A DNA stretch of 62,963 nt, filler included, from Vannella sp. (taxonomy: Eukaryota): the NCBI GenBank assembly GCA_023345925.1. It is 6 parts of 6 records of this genome, joined end to end, with 100 filler letters (N's around TTAATTAATTAA, not from the genome) between each part and the next. Parts side by side here need not be neighbours in the genome. Positions count along the whole stretch, not along the records: positions 26,688 to 34,482 come from JAJQQN010000718.1; positions 34,583 to 52,606 come from JAJQQN010000709.1; 4 more parts are not named here. The stretch is one strand, 5' to 3'. The first letter of the stretch is position 1. Each line of letters opens with the position of its first letter. The notes beneath the pieces were generated by a model, which saw only the letters and a program-made list of their open reading frames with translations, was not told where the DNA came from and searched no databases. A program made the translations under genes and the position numbers. This document shows positions 30,827 through 43,176 of the stretch, one piece after another.

Positions 30827-33800
30827 TCAGACAGCGCGGCTCAAGAAAGTGTAAACCTCTCCAGCTGAGTTTCCCCAGTCACTGGCAAACAACACTCGAT
30901 CTCCTTCCGGGCTGGGAACAGACATAGCTTGGGATTCATAAGGTGCGGGTTTGGTGTCTGTGGAGTGGTATTCTGGCCCGAATCTCTGCACAATTGAATT
31001 CCCACCTGCAGAAGTGGAGAGCTGGACAGCAAAAGTATCTTGGCTGTAAGGGAGAATAATGTCCGGGTCTCCAGTGAATTGGCTGATGTAAGCCCAACCT
31101 GGCCTCAGAGTGTTTCGGCAGGACACATGGATGTTATAGCCAATCAAGGAGGATGACAGAAGAGTTGTCGTTGCCAAGTTGTCCAACCGGATCATTAAGA
31201 GAGCACTGGAATTGATATCTGTCACGACCACGACTTCATTGCCTGAAGTGTCATAGCAAAGATCGAAGTGGGCGCCTCCATGATTGATTAACTGATGGAT
31301 GAAGTTCAAACTTCGATCGAAAAGCTCAATTCCTTTGAAGCGACTTGTTCCTTCGACATTCCACTGGACAACGACGTACAGACCTGATTGGGACATCGCG
31401 CAGTTGTTGATTGGCGTGGTGCCCGCGTTCAGAGTGGCGGTAATACTTCGAGTGGTCATATCCAGGACTGCGATATCGTTCTGAGTGGCGGTCCTCTTCC
31501 CGACAATGGCAAGCCACAAGTCATCGTTACTTAGATTGCCTTCTCCCTCTCCAAGACTTATCTCCGAATACCGGGTAATGGAAGAGTGAACGCTGCAGGT
31601 TCCTTCCATCAGGTCACAAGCCACAACATCGTTCACATCCTTTCCATAAGCGATGGAGGGGAGGACGTGAGACCACATAGATTGACTTGGCTGATTGACA
31701 TTCTTGATGAACTTGTATGTTGTCCCATTGAGCAGCTGTCCAGGGTAATTCCAGTCTAGCAAAAGCAAAGAGCCATCAGCGTTCCAAGGCTGATTCTTCG
31801 CGTAAATGTGGGAAATGCGAGAGTTCGAAGAGCTCATTGCTGTTGCATCAGAAATTCGAGTCATCTGGTTGCCAAGAACGGGCTCAACAAAAGGCACAAG
31901 ATAGCCGGGGAGAGTGGGAAATACGTTAGGGACGTTCAATACAGTGAGCCGAGTATCCAATGGGAAGGTTCGAGTTCGCGCCTTTGGAGAAATCGACATA
32001 GAAGTACTGAAAGAGGCTGATTTTGATCTGCTGACACTCGTGGAAGTAGATGGAGATGAACTGACCGTAATTGATCTTGAAGGAGAAGCACTGAGACTCT
32101 CTGACCGAGACGGACTCCCTGATCCAGACGGACTCTTTGAAGTCATGTTTGACGATTGAAGCGCAAGAGACTCAGTTCCACTAGAAGTGAGTGAGACAGT
32201 CCTGGAAGGAGAAGTACTCAAACTCCCTGATCCAGACAAACTCTGTGAAGTCAGGTTTGACGATTGAGGAGCAAGAGACTCAGTTCCAGTAACGGAAAGT
32301 GAGACACTCCTGGAAGGAGAAGCACTGAGAGTTCCTGATCCGGACAGACTTGACGCAATCAGGTTTGATGCTTGTGCCTCAAGAGACTCAGTGGAGGTGA
32401 GTGACACAGTCCTGGAAGGAGAATTACTCAAAGTCCCTGATCCAGACGAACTCTGTGCAATAATGTTTGATTGTGACGCAATAGAATCAGTTCTAGTGGG
32501 GGTGAGTGAGACAGTCCTTGAAGACGAAGTACTCGGACTCTCCATTACAGATGCGTTTTGCCCATTTGTACTTGGTGTTGCCACAAGAGACTTCGACAAG
32601 GCAGTATTTGATCTCGAAGCTACCAGAGACCCGGATTCCAAGGGAGAAGGAGCGAGACTCCTGGTTGTGGAGTCGAGGAATGTCTGAGATCCAGGCGAAC
32701 TCGGTACAGTCGACCTCGAGACACTCACAGACTGCACTCCTAATGAGGAACTAACTGGCACTGAAAGGGGCGGAGTGGGTGAAGCACTCTCTCTGGGCTC
32801 ATCGCGAGCTGAATTCATGGGAGAAGGATTGGTGGAGGAGGTTAGCTTGGTTGAGTGGGTGCCAACAGGAGATGGCACACGCGTGGACACTTGTTCGACA
32901 GGGGTTGGGGAGGGAGTCTCCGTGATCTCTCGGCTGATGGTCGACGGAGCTGCGGTTCTGGTTGGATCAACAGTAGCAGGAGAAGCTTGCACGTTTCGGG
33001 AAGGCTCTGCCACGGCGGATAGTCCCACCTGCACAGACTTTGCCAAGGACGGAGAAGGGATCGGCTTTGGTGAAGCACAAGGCAGAGTTGGATCGCCTAC
33101 AAGGATGAGTGTAACCAAGTCTCCCTCGAGGGAGATACGAGAGGCTTCACTCCCACAGACCGCAGATATAGACGGATCTTTGCTTGAGTCGCCGTTCACG
33201 GTGCATCCCTCAGCCCCTTCGAGCACCATTCTTTCACCAACCATGGCCAGGCGTCCGCGGAAGCCTGGTTCAACGCTAAAGCGCAGCGAACCATTCGCGA
33301 AAGGCGTTCGGAGGGACGCCGCCAAGGTGGACGGGACTTCCATGGACACATCTGCTGTCCCAGCGCACAGGTTCATCTCTTGCGAGACAAGCACAGAGTC
33401 CATCACAATGCGGGTTCCTTGGTCGACTGTGAATGCGGGTTAACCCTCCCCTCTGGACATAGTCACCGACGCCCACCTTCGCACAGATCCACGTTGAGCT
33501 TTCGGACTCGGAGAGGCTCAGGCTGGTTCTGAATAGTCATACTACCACTTATAGCACGAACGGTGATGCTACTGAACTCAAACTCGTCAGGATAAGTCAC
33601 TTCCACTTGGACGGTCTCCTCCGGGCTCATTGCCAAAGCCACGCTCACGAGGACACAGAGTACACCCACGAACAAAGAAGCGCTGTTGTACTTGCGACTG
33701 AACAAGGCGAGTGCGGGCCACAGGAAGGAGGCCACGAACAAGTTTGAGCCCAAACTGGAGCTTCCTGACTCTTCACTGCGGTTGGTTTGGTTTGCCTGTT

Positions 33801-34135
33801 GAAGGTGAGGATGAAGCTGACAGAGGGCATCTCCTTGCCTTTGGATGGATGATGAAGCGGCCTTCCTGGAAGGTAAGAACTTGGGGGAGATCCCTTCCAT
33901 CGCTCATGGAGAACCGCACTTGCGGAGACAACACAGACGAAGAGCGGGTGAACTTCAACGCCACCTGAAGGATGTAAGTGGACAGAGAGAAAGTGAACGG
34001 AGGGCTCACAGGAAAGACGTTGGAGGTGATGGACAAGACCAAACCGATCGGGTATTCGTCATCCGACCCATCTCCCTTCACCAGAGCCACGAAACACAAG
34101 AACACAAGAACAGAGCACGCTGTTTCGAACCTCAT
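30827..34135 (-). CDS. Secreted/surface protein: signal peptide, internal hydrophobic hairpin, Ser/Thr mucin-like stalk, C-terminal beta-propeller-like domain (about 4 exons)
   Basis: Signal MRFETACSVLVFLCFVALVKG. Introns at 33965-34009, 33796-33838 (GC-AG) and about 33428-33477 join the ORFs in frame. Tail motifs HIYAKNQPWNADGSLLLL, MSQSGLYVVV and VPSPEGDRVLFASDW. Confidence 0.72.
32090..32530 (-). repeat. Coding minisatellite, about 4 copies of a 102-108 nt unit
   Basis: cctgatcc(a/g)gac recurs at about 32118, 32226, 32334 and 32436. The protein unit is roughly SPSRTVSLTxxTESLAxQSSNxxSxSLSGSGxLS. Confidence 0.85.
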
Positions 34136-34422
34136 GAACAAAATCTGCTCGTGAACTGAGAGGATCACTCACACATGACCCTCTCAGCTCGCGGTGCGTC
34201 GAACCGATCATAATGATTAGGCAATTATGATACACGCCCGAGACTCTGGAAGACCTGCATGGACCAGAATCTTTCGCGGTGCAGTCCTTCACGAAGAACT
34301 TGGGCTTCAACATCGAGAGATTGGGAAGCTTGACATCACATACTTCTCTCGGTGTTCTCGGTCGTGAGATGATCCCTTGAGGCTTACATGTTGCCAGTGT
34401 AGAAGAAGATATTCATTTTGGA

Positions 34423-34482
34423 ATGTCCTGTGGCCAACCAAAGCCTCTGGATGGCAAGGTGGCTCTGGTGACTGGGGCCAGT
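34423..34482 (+). CDS. Short-chain dehydrogenase/reductase, 5' fragment
   Basis: MSCGQPKPLDGKVALVTGAS, the start of the TGxxxGxG Rossmann motif, cut by the linker. Confidence 0.7.
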
Positions 34483-34582
34483 NNNNNNNNNNNNNNNNNN
34501 NNNNNNNNNNNNNNNNNNNNNNNNNNTTAATTAATTAANNNNNNNNNNNNNNNNNNNNNNNNNNNNNNNNNNNNNNNNNNNN
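34483..34582. other. Artificial contig linker
   Basis: N44-TTAATTAATTAA-N44. Confidence 0.97.
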
Positions 34583-34791
34583 TCCAAGAGACTATTCGAA
34601 CCGAGTTTGCCGATTGCACTGTCCTCATCATCGCTCATCGCATCCACACCATTGAGAGTTGCGACCGCGTGCTGGTCTTAGAACAAGGACAGATTGCAGA
34701 GTTTGATGACCCCCGCGTTTTGAAGCAACAGGAAGATTCTCTCTTCCGTTCGATGGTTTCCAAGTCTGGCACTTCCGACCAAGCCGAGTAA
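34583..34791 (+). CDS. ABCC (MRP-type) ABC transporter, 3' fragment
   Basis: QETIRTEFADCTVLIIAHRIHTIESCDRVLVLEQGQIAEFDDP..SLFRSMV*; not in the ORF track. Confidence 0.92.
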
Positions 34792-35214
34792 CCAAAACTC
34801 AAGTAACTATTAAACAAATAACCAGTTCGTTTGACCATCACGTCCACACGCGGCTCAGTAAGAAAATCCACGAGTGAAGGGGAACAGGGGTCGGAACTCG
34901 TTTTTGCGCAGCTTGCCCTGATGACCTCCATCTCTTCAGGATAAGCTTTTGGAGTGATTTCATTTTTTCACTTTTTGGATGTTTGAGGACCCAAACGTCG
35001 GGAAATGCCCTCGCCGCTCGTGACTTCTCTCCCTTCGCTGTTCAAGATCGCCCGGAATTCACCATAAACCAAGTCAATCTTCGTGTTTTTGATCTTCCTG
35101 TTGAGACAAGGGGTAGAGTAGCGACTCAAGGTCGGTTTGAGTACGTTTCCCGAAGTTTGGTTTCCCAATAACTAGAAGCAGCTGTATGAACCATTGGAGT
35201 GTAAATGTACTACT

Positions 35215-36235
35215 TTAGCCAAAGAAAGTGATGAAAGCCTCCACAGTGGCGAAAGTGATTGCCATTCCAGGGGCGACCCGAATGATTCGCATCAAACATC
35301 CACTCATGAGAGCAGCGGGCCCTTCTTGGTGAGTGACTGTGCGAATGCAATGGACCATTCCACGGTAACGGGGTTCTTGGCCTGGAACAGTGATCTGAGC
35401 CATCAAACGGGTCTTCGCGACATCAATTGGGTTGTTGCAGAGTGGGCCTAAGGCTCCAGCAAGCAGTCCGATTGCCATGGAAGAGCTCACTGGGATCTGC
35501 GCATCACGTGAACCATACACTCGCCGCTTGATGATGTCATAAGTCCCAAACAAAAGCAGCTGGTTGATGCCTTGGCGCCACATGGTCGGTACATTGCCTT
35601 TCCACTACCCTCCCTTTTGTTTAGAGACTGAAATAAACGACTTTCTGAGCAGTTACCAGCGACTGAATGCCTTCTTCCTTGAGAATGGTCTGGGCAGTCT
35701 GCAAGGTTCCCTTGTACTTGTGCAAAGACTTGTCCGTTCCCTTCTGTTGCTGAAGTCTGATCTTAATCACTTCAAATGGAGTGACAATCAGGACTGCTTC
35801 TGTCACGCCAGACCCGAGCCCGGCCAGCAATCCTCCGCTAACGGATACATTCCCTTGTTTGTCTGCGAGTAGGGACCTTCTCTGGTGTGAGTTACCAGTG
35901 TTAGGATGACTGCGGCCGTTTGCTCACCGGAAGGCTTCGTTAAAGTACCAACGGACCGAGTACTTGGTCACAAGATGCACGCAGAAAGGGGAAAGTCCCT
36001 TGTAGAGGGACAGGACCCCTTCATTCTTCACCATAGCTGTTGCCACAGACAATGCCCCTCGTTGTCCACTGAGTTGCAAACGGGTTTTGGTTACATCAAG
36101 CGGCTGAAGGCAAACCGCCTCAATCACTCCTCCAGCCATCGCTCCCGCCGTCCGTACAACCTTCGAAACCTCTTTTTTCGGTTCTGCCTTCTCTACAACA
36201 GCTGAGCTCACCACAGAAGTCTCCTTGTGCGCCAT
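35215..36235 (-). CDS. SFC1: Mitochondrial carrier, succinate/fumarate (SFC1-like); 3 exons
   Basis: Three PxD/ExxKxRxQ repeats: QPLDVTKTRLQ, TPFEVIKIRLQQQKG and NPIDVAKTRLMAQ; also LAGLGSGVTEAVLIV and MRIIRVAPG. Confidence 0.85.
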
Positions 36236-36321
36236 GGGCCTTGCAAAGAGGATACCAAAGAATGCCGCCTCCGCACTAACTCCGCAGTCACGTGACCACC
36301 CAACGGGGGAGGGTTTAGGGT

Positions 36322-37740
36322 TTAATGAATGACTTTGCTTGTCCAATTGGGAAGGCAGTGAAAGCCTTTGTTGGTGAAATCCTCTGAAGTAAAGGTGATT
36401 CCGGAGTTTTGGAGAGACCCAACGAGGGAGGCTGAGAAAGATTGTGTGAGTTATGAAGTGGGAAGTAAGTTGGCGTACCTCCCGTCCATGCACGTGTGTA
36501 GGATGAGGTGGGAATGGCCAGGAAGTGGAAATGATCGCCCAGAGAGGCGAGTGTCTGGTATTTGGTTTCGGCTAGGCGAACTTGGAGCTCTTCTTGAAGG
36601 CGGATTGTGAACCCAGGGATCTCACAGACACCTCCACTTAGCACAATAGATCGAGCTAACTCCGCACGAATGTCAACTTCGCACTGGAAAGCAGGTCAGT
36701 CCTGGAAAGGCGGGAAGAAGCCCAACCAACCTGAATAAGAGTGTCTAAGATCTTTGTGGCAATAGAGGGATGCTCTTCTGCTTCTTCAAAGAGGACATCG
36801 GCAACGTGTGCACGTATAAATCCGCCTAATTGGACTTCCAGGCCACTGGAGAAGGTAAATGAGGAGGCGGGAACCCTTTCGTCCTCCTCTTTTCTGGTGA
36901 AAGCCACATTTGATGGCTCCTTAGGTCCTTCAGTAGCATTCTCTGTAAAGCAGGTGGACTTGAGAGGTGGGTATTTGAGCTGGGGACGCTGCCGAGGGCT
37001 ATAAGCTCTCATACAAGCGAAACAACTCTTCGTTACTGCATTCTCCAGGTCGGTCAAGGAGCGAGTAGCCTTCTCCAGCAACAAATCAGCATCTGAAGTA
37101 TTCTCAGATACCACAGCGAACTCTCTGATGAGTGCACGAGCACGGTCAAGCAAATCCTTCCCACATGCCCCTCCTTGTTGCAGCTTTCCGATGAGTGCAA
37201 CCCCTTCATAGATCGGGAGGACACGGCAGTCTCGGAATCCAACTTCAACGACAAGGCCAGACTGAAGAAGGTGACCGAGGGAAGGCTTGGCTGGAGGAAC
37301 AGCAAAGATCGGGATGGCTTCGGCCAGGAGGAAGCGCACAGAGGCCACACGGAAGCGACGGAACAGTACATGTAACATAGCCTTCCTGAATGGCAGTGGA
37401 TAGAGAAGGGACTCCAGAACAATCACCTTGAACCCCTTCGCCATCCCAAGCCGCACCAAAAAGCTCTCCCGCAGCATTCCCTCGATAGCCTCTTGCCATT
37501 CCACCTCACTAGCTTGCGTTGGATCCAAAAGGGAGATCTACACGACCAATCAGTACCCCTCCAGCACCCCCTAACTCGCCACACCTCTCTTCCACTGCCA
37601 GTGACAAAGCGGGTGGCAGCGATGTGATGCGGGTGCTGTTTCCCTGCTAAACCACACTTGGTATAGCGACTCCCAATGTCCAACACAAAGGACTTGTCCA
37701 CGCGGTTGATGAGATGAGCGTAAGCTGCCAAACTCGCCAT
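36322..37740 (-). CDS. ACTR10: Actin-related protein 10 (dynactin Arp11); multi-exon
   Basis: VLDIGSRYTKCGLAG, VIVLESLLYPLPFR, GLVVEVGFRDCRVLPIYEG, IVLSGGVCEIPGF and AWTGG|ASL...LPNW. Confidence 0.85.
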
Positions 37741-37783
37741 CCTCCCTCAAAATGAGTGACACAGTGTGTAGCTGGAGAGGAAC

Positions 37784-39212
37784 ATGTTAGACAAGAGCTT
37801 TGGTGGGTGGAAGGAGACCTTCATTGCTGGGATGGGGATGAGGCCGAGGGAAGTCCGTTGGGGAGGCTTTGTTCTCGTTTGTTTGTTGCTTGTGGGTTGG
37901 TTTGAGCTGAGACAGTTCAAGCAAACGGTACCTCTGGTAGGTCAGGAAGTTAGTGCTACCTGTTGGGTGCCTCCAACTCAACGCCAGCCCATTTGTGCGC
38001 CGCACTTTATCATTGCTGGGGCTATGAAGAGTGGTACGACGTCACTGTACTCTTACTTACAAATGCATCCGTTGGTTCTCCCTTTGGCAACCTCCTCTGT
38101 GGTGCTACCGAGCGGATCAGATGGGGAGCAGCTCAAGATCACCGCTCTTGGAGAGAAAGAGATCCGCTACTTCAATAAGCAGGTGTATGGACCTCTACGA
38201 AAGAAGCACACTCGACAGGAGACATTTGAAGCGTATCTCCGCTTCTTCCCTGAGATTAGCGCAGATGAAAGCTCCCCTTATCGCGCAAAGGACGGTTTTA
38301 TCACAGGAGAGGCTTCTCCTTCGTACCTGGTAAGCTCACAGACTTCTTAGCACGCCTACAGTAGTCTCATATCCTTAGCCTGAGCACTTTGTGGCGAAAA
38401 GGATCAAGAATGTGCTTCCTGAAGTGAGAATTATTCATCTCCTTCGGCATCCAGTAGACCGCGCCTACTCAGAGTACTGGTTTAGGTTAGAGCTTTCATT
38501 TCTGTAGGTGGCCGTGTGGTTAACTGGGTTCAGGCAATCCTATGTATCTCCAAACAAGCCATTTAAGGAGAACTCACTTGGTTGGAGTGACGAAGAGATC
38601 TTCTGGAAGTGCACCATTCAAGACTTATCTGTGATGGATTACTGTGGAGCTCCTGATTGGAATCCTGTAGATTCTTGGGTTGATTCGCCAGAGCAAGAGT
38701 GTTACAGGAATGTCACAAACACACTCGCCTTGGAGCAGCAGGAATCAGTTCATGGAGACGACGATATATGCGGTGACCTTTCTCATCCACTGCGAGTCCA
38801 GTGCTTGACACCAGAGATATTCCACTTTTGTAATCCACGAGGAGCAATGCTGGGGGCTTATGCCTTCCAATTGCGTGAGTGGATGGATGAATTCACTCGC
38901 TCTCGTATGAGAATATACTCCAGTGAAGAGTTCTTTGAGAATCCTAGCGCGGTCCTGTCAGACTTGGAAGAGTTCCTCGGAATTTCCAGACAACCGATGG
39001 ACTGGGAACAGGCCTTGAAAGACACTCCCATCTTCAACATGGGACTTGACCATAATCGCAGTGGAGAGAACTCTCACTTTATCCGCTTTCAATCTTCTTC
39101 TTCGGACTATCCCCCTCTCCCAGAGAGTGTGAGGTCTCAACTCAACACTTTTTTCCTCCCCTACCTTCAACACCTCCACCAGCTTCTACGGCTTTCTTTA
39201 TGGACCAAATAA
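37784..39212 (+). CDS. Membrane-anchored sulfotransferase (heparan-sulfate sulfotransferase-like); multi-exon
   Basis: N-terminal TM; 5'-PSB PHFIIAGAMKSGTTSLYSYL; GEASPSY; 3'-PB LLRHPVDRAYSEY. Start codon is uncertain. Confidence 0.88.
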
Positions 39213-39856
39213 GACTTAGCATGTCAATTCCCCATCCCAACAAGACTGATTGCATGAGGATGGAAATGAGAGAGACAGAAAGCGAACTTCTTTTTCATCC
39301 TTCCTGCTCCGAAGCTGTGAAAGCAGCTCATGTTTGGTCTTACAAATCCGTTATTTCAATACCTGCTGAAAGAGATGGTTGCCTGCGGCAGCAATCACAG
39401 AAAGTGAATGACCGCTTCTCTTTCGTGGTCAATAGCCGTCGCCTCCAGTTCTCATTCGTAGCTTTCGCCTACCTTGCGAGTGTCCCACTTGTTGCCCAAT
39501 CAGCGTCGTGGGCAAGGTTGTTTCAGATGGGGTTCAAACATGGTTTCTAGCGGGAACACGGAGGCCTCTCAAGCCGAGGTTAGGCTAATAAGGAGGATGT
39601 GGTCAGCCCATCATAGCCCTCCATAACAACTTCCGAAGGAGCGGACCGTTCAGTCTCAACTTCTTCAGCGAGTTCGAACGACGGACCTTGTTTTCTCTTC
39701 CACTGCTGGTTGGTCCTTCCGACCAGCCTTCTAGCGCTCCCACAGGTCTAGTCACTTGGAGAATCTCAGGTTGGCCTCAGAGACGAGGGAAATGATCACG
39801 TGACTCGCCACACGTCATGGGAATCGTCTCCGCAAAAGTGATTGTTTGGAGGGGAG

Positions 39857-41358
39857 ATGTATCCGGCGGCTGGCCCCAAGAAGCTGCGATACCTTGTGAT
39901 CTCTTTGGTGGTGATGGTCCTTATGATGATGCTGGTACTTAACTCAGAGCTGAGTGCGTATGCGCTGAGTGCTGCTCCGACTGTCCCAGAGAACGAAGAC
40001 CACTCGATCATGGGGAACCCACCTGTCGTGGGAGGGCAGTCGCCTGCAGTAAGAGGACCCAGTCCTTCTCCTTCTCCGAGCTCCGGTCCCCTTGGTCAAC
40101 AGGACGTAGAGAGAACCGAGGCGCTGAAAGCCAACCTTCCTGCGGATGCGCGGGCGATCATCATGGCCAAGGGGTTCAACTTGAGAGGTCTTGAGTGTGA
40201 ACACCGCAGCGGCCAAGAGATCTGCTTCACCTCACTACCAGGTGGCAAGTAAGCGAGCTGCTCTCGTATCGCTTCGAGCTAACCGGTGACAGGGACGAGT
40301 GTCCGGCTGGCATCAAGATCGCTGACCTCTCTATGGCTTGCCCTGATGAAGCAGAAGGGTCCTTCTGTGTGGCTGTATGTCAGTCTGGGGTCGATCGCCT
40401 CGAATGGAACCATTACAACAAGGAGTGGTGCGCTGGGAACCCAGGATCATGTCCCCCTGTTCCCGCATCCATTCCCTTTGATAGCTTCGTCCTTCGTGAG
40501 TGGACACCACCTGCTAGGACTGTCAGAGAGTGCGAGTCTTTCGACCAGGCGAAGGTGGCTCAGCTGATGAAGGACACTGAAGACTACGCTGTCGTTATCT
40601 ACGTAACAGCAGGAGGAGTTGGTTCTTTAGGACGTAACTGGCCTACTTGGGTGGACAGCGGGCTCCTCCCTAACGCACAGGAAGTGATTGTTGTTCCGGA
40701 CTGGGTTTCCACGTTAATGACAGACGTGATGAAGCCGTATGACCCCGAAGGACCTTTCAAGATCACAATGATCCCTCAAACTCAAGGTAGCATGCACGCA
40801 GCGTTGGATATCCTCTTCAAAACGACCACAAAAGAGTATGTTCTCTTCCTCAAGGAGGATTACCGGGCCGTGGAGTCCCTCCCATGTGTCATGGAGCAGA
40901 TACACAGTGCTGTTAGCCTTCTCAAAGCTAAGACCGCTGACTTTGTCAAGTTACGCTCTCGTACATTCCCCGGAAAGCCGAACTGGGCCGAGGCATTCAA
41001 AGGCCGAGAGGACGACATTCTTTCCACACAAGCAGACCTCCTTTGCAACACTTACCACTGGATAGACGAGCCAGAGAAGCAATGGCCGACTCACTTCCAG
41101 GAATGCAGTAAGTCACCTAGATTCCTTTGCGTTGACTCGGCGTTCTGCAACTGGAGCTTCGACCCCTTTATGATTCGGACCAAATGGTGGAGCGAGTCAT
41201 TCGATGCCTTGTTTGGTGAGGTGTACGACAAGTCTACGTCCTTCAACATGGAAGCGTTCTTCAATTGGAGGCCAGAAGTCTGGAGGGATCGTAAGTTTGT
41301 GGTAGCTGAGGGCGAAGGCATCTTCCGGAAGGCCTCTGCTACTGAATTTGGGTTCTAA
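39857..41358 (+). CDS. Type II membrane protein, probable GT-A glycosyltransferase with a small Cys-rich module; 2 exons
   Basis: TM at aa 12-30, a Pro/Ser stem, a Cys-rich segment, then EYVLFLKEDYR (DxD-like), ADFVKLR and NWSFDPF. Confidence 0.55.
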
Positions 41359-41461
41359 AGTGTCTAAAAGTTCATTCTTCTCGAGCATGAAGCGGGAGCG
41401 CGCCTGTTTATTGGGTCCTCCTCCGTTGTGGGGTCTCTGCTGTCGCTCTCTGGCTCGGTGG

Positions 41462-43176
41462 ATGGACCAAGTAGGTTTCTAAATGTAGAGGATATGTCTC
41501 TGATGTGCCTGGGCGCCTGAAGGGGGCTGTTGTCGACTTGAGTGACGTTCCTTCTCCATGTTTGAGCCAAGTGCTTGATTTCATCGATGCAAAGACCTTC
41601 CTACGGCTTACTAGAGCAAAGAAAGACCTAAATAGTCTCAAGATAGCTTCCCCAGCGGTGTGGAAACGCTTCTTCCATCGGGACTTCCACGAACGGACCA
41701 ATGTTCTCCACTCTCTTATCTCCAGCGGAGGTGCAGAGACACTCACTTGGGAGGAAAAGTACTTCTCCTCCTCAGTCAATACATGGATCGAGCACTACAC
41801 CTTTGAGGATCCCACAAACTCGTGTCCTCCTACCATCGATGAACTTCACTTGGTTGGAGCGTTGAAGCTGCACGGCCAATCCTTTCAGTTCCTCTGTAAG
41901 CAAGTTGAGTAACCCTCTGTGCATCCAGAATGGAAAGCCACTAACGCACTTGCAGGAATGGGCGCAGGAACTTTCCTCTCTCCGGTTTCTTTCGGTTTCC
42001 AATGCATTTGAAAGCGTCCTGAGCGATGTTATCGCAGTAGTGAAGAGAGGGCATCCCCTTGAATGCCTGGAAATCCTTTATCCAATGCTGGTTGATGCAG
42101 AACTCGCTTCTTTTGTGCGCCATCTGAAAGAGACCGGGAAAGTGGGAAACCTCTCCTCTTTACTACTCCGAGGCGCGCCTCTGGGTGTTAACACGCTGAG
42201 TGTTTTGGGTCAACTGATAGGAGAATGCCGAGAAACACTGAATTCACTGCGGATAGACAGCTGCGAAGAAGCCTCAGATAATGATATCTCTCGGCTGATG
42301 AAGTCCACACGTGTTCTTCATTACAATCTGAGTGACTTGACTCTTTCCCATGGTTTGTGTGGATCTCAATTTGTGGATTCGCTTGCACAAGCCGCTAACG
42401 AACTCACTATTTCGAATCGGTTTCCTTTTTCATTGGATATGAGGGGCTCCATTGTATCCCGTTCAGGTTGCGCGGGGCTCTCTATAGTGATGCAGTCGCT
42501 CTTTCCTTTGGTACATCTGAATCTTGACGATAATCCGATCCATAATGATGGAGCAATGCAGATTGCAAATGGCCTTCTTTCTCCTCTATGCCAACTTCAG
42601 TCGTTATCATTAAGGAACTGTGGGATTAAGTGTACTGGTGGTACACTGATTGTCAGTGCTTTAGCACAAAACAAGAGCCTGACACGCCTTGATCTCAGTC
42701 ATAATGTACTCAATCATGACCACTCTCACAGCTTTGGAATCTCTTGTGGTGAAGCACTCGCCATCAATAGCACCCTTTTAGATCTGGACTTGTCGCACAC
42801 GCTTCTGTACGCGCTTCCAGAGGCTCTGACCGCTGGACTTGAAGTCAACAAGACTCTCAAAAGTCTGCAAGTAAATGGGAATCGACTTCAGTCTATAGGT
42901 GTTCTCACCATCAGTCAAATTCTGGCAGCCAATGATGCTTTAGAATCTCTTGGACTGTCTGGTAATCTGATAAGTGACGAAGATTTGTCCATTCTCTCCC
43001 TTTCCCTGATAAATCGAGCCTCTCGACTCTCTAAGCCTCTTCAACGGCTCGATATTCGTTCAAACGCATTCCTCCGTGATTCTCCTTTCATCTACGATCT
43101 TCAATTGGTCACAAATTCCCTCCTTTACCGCACATCACAGGATTCCTTCATTTGCGATGGACTTCAAGAAATATGA
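41462..43176 (+). CDS. F-box + RNI-like leucine-rich-repeat protein; multi-exon
   Basis: LSDVPSPCLSQVLDFID..FLRL...WKRFF is an F-box. LRRs include LVHLNLDDNPI, LQSLSLRNCGI, LTRLDLSHN and LESLGLSGNLI. Confidence 0.85.

Noticed and set aside
32090..32530. Regularly spaced repeats as a CRISPR-like array
   Set aside because: Units are multiples of 3, degenerate along their full length, and encode the Ser/Thr stalk. There are no unique spacers or cas genes.
36310..36324. TTTAGGG dimers as chromosome ends
   Set aside because: Only two units each and internal to contigs; kept only as possible promoter motifs.
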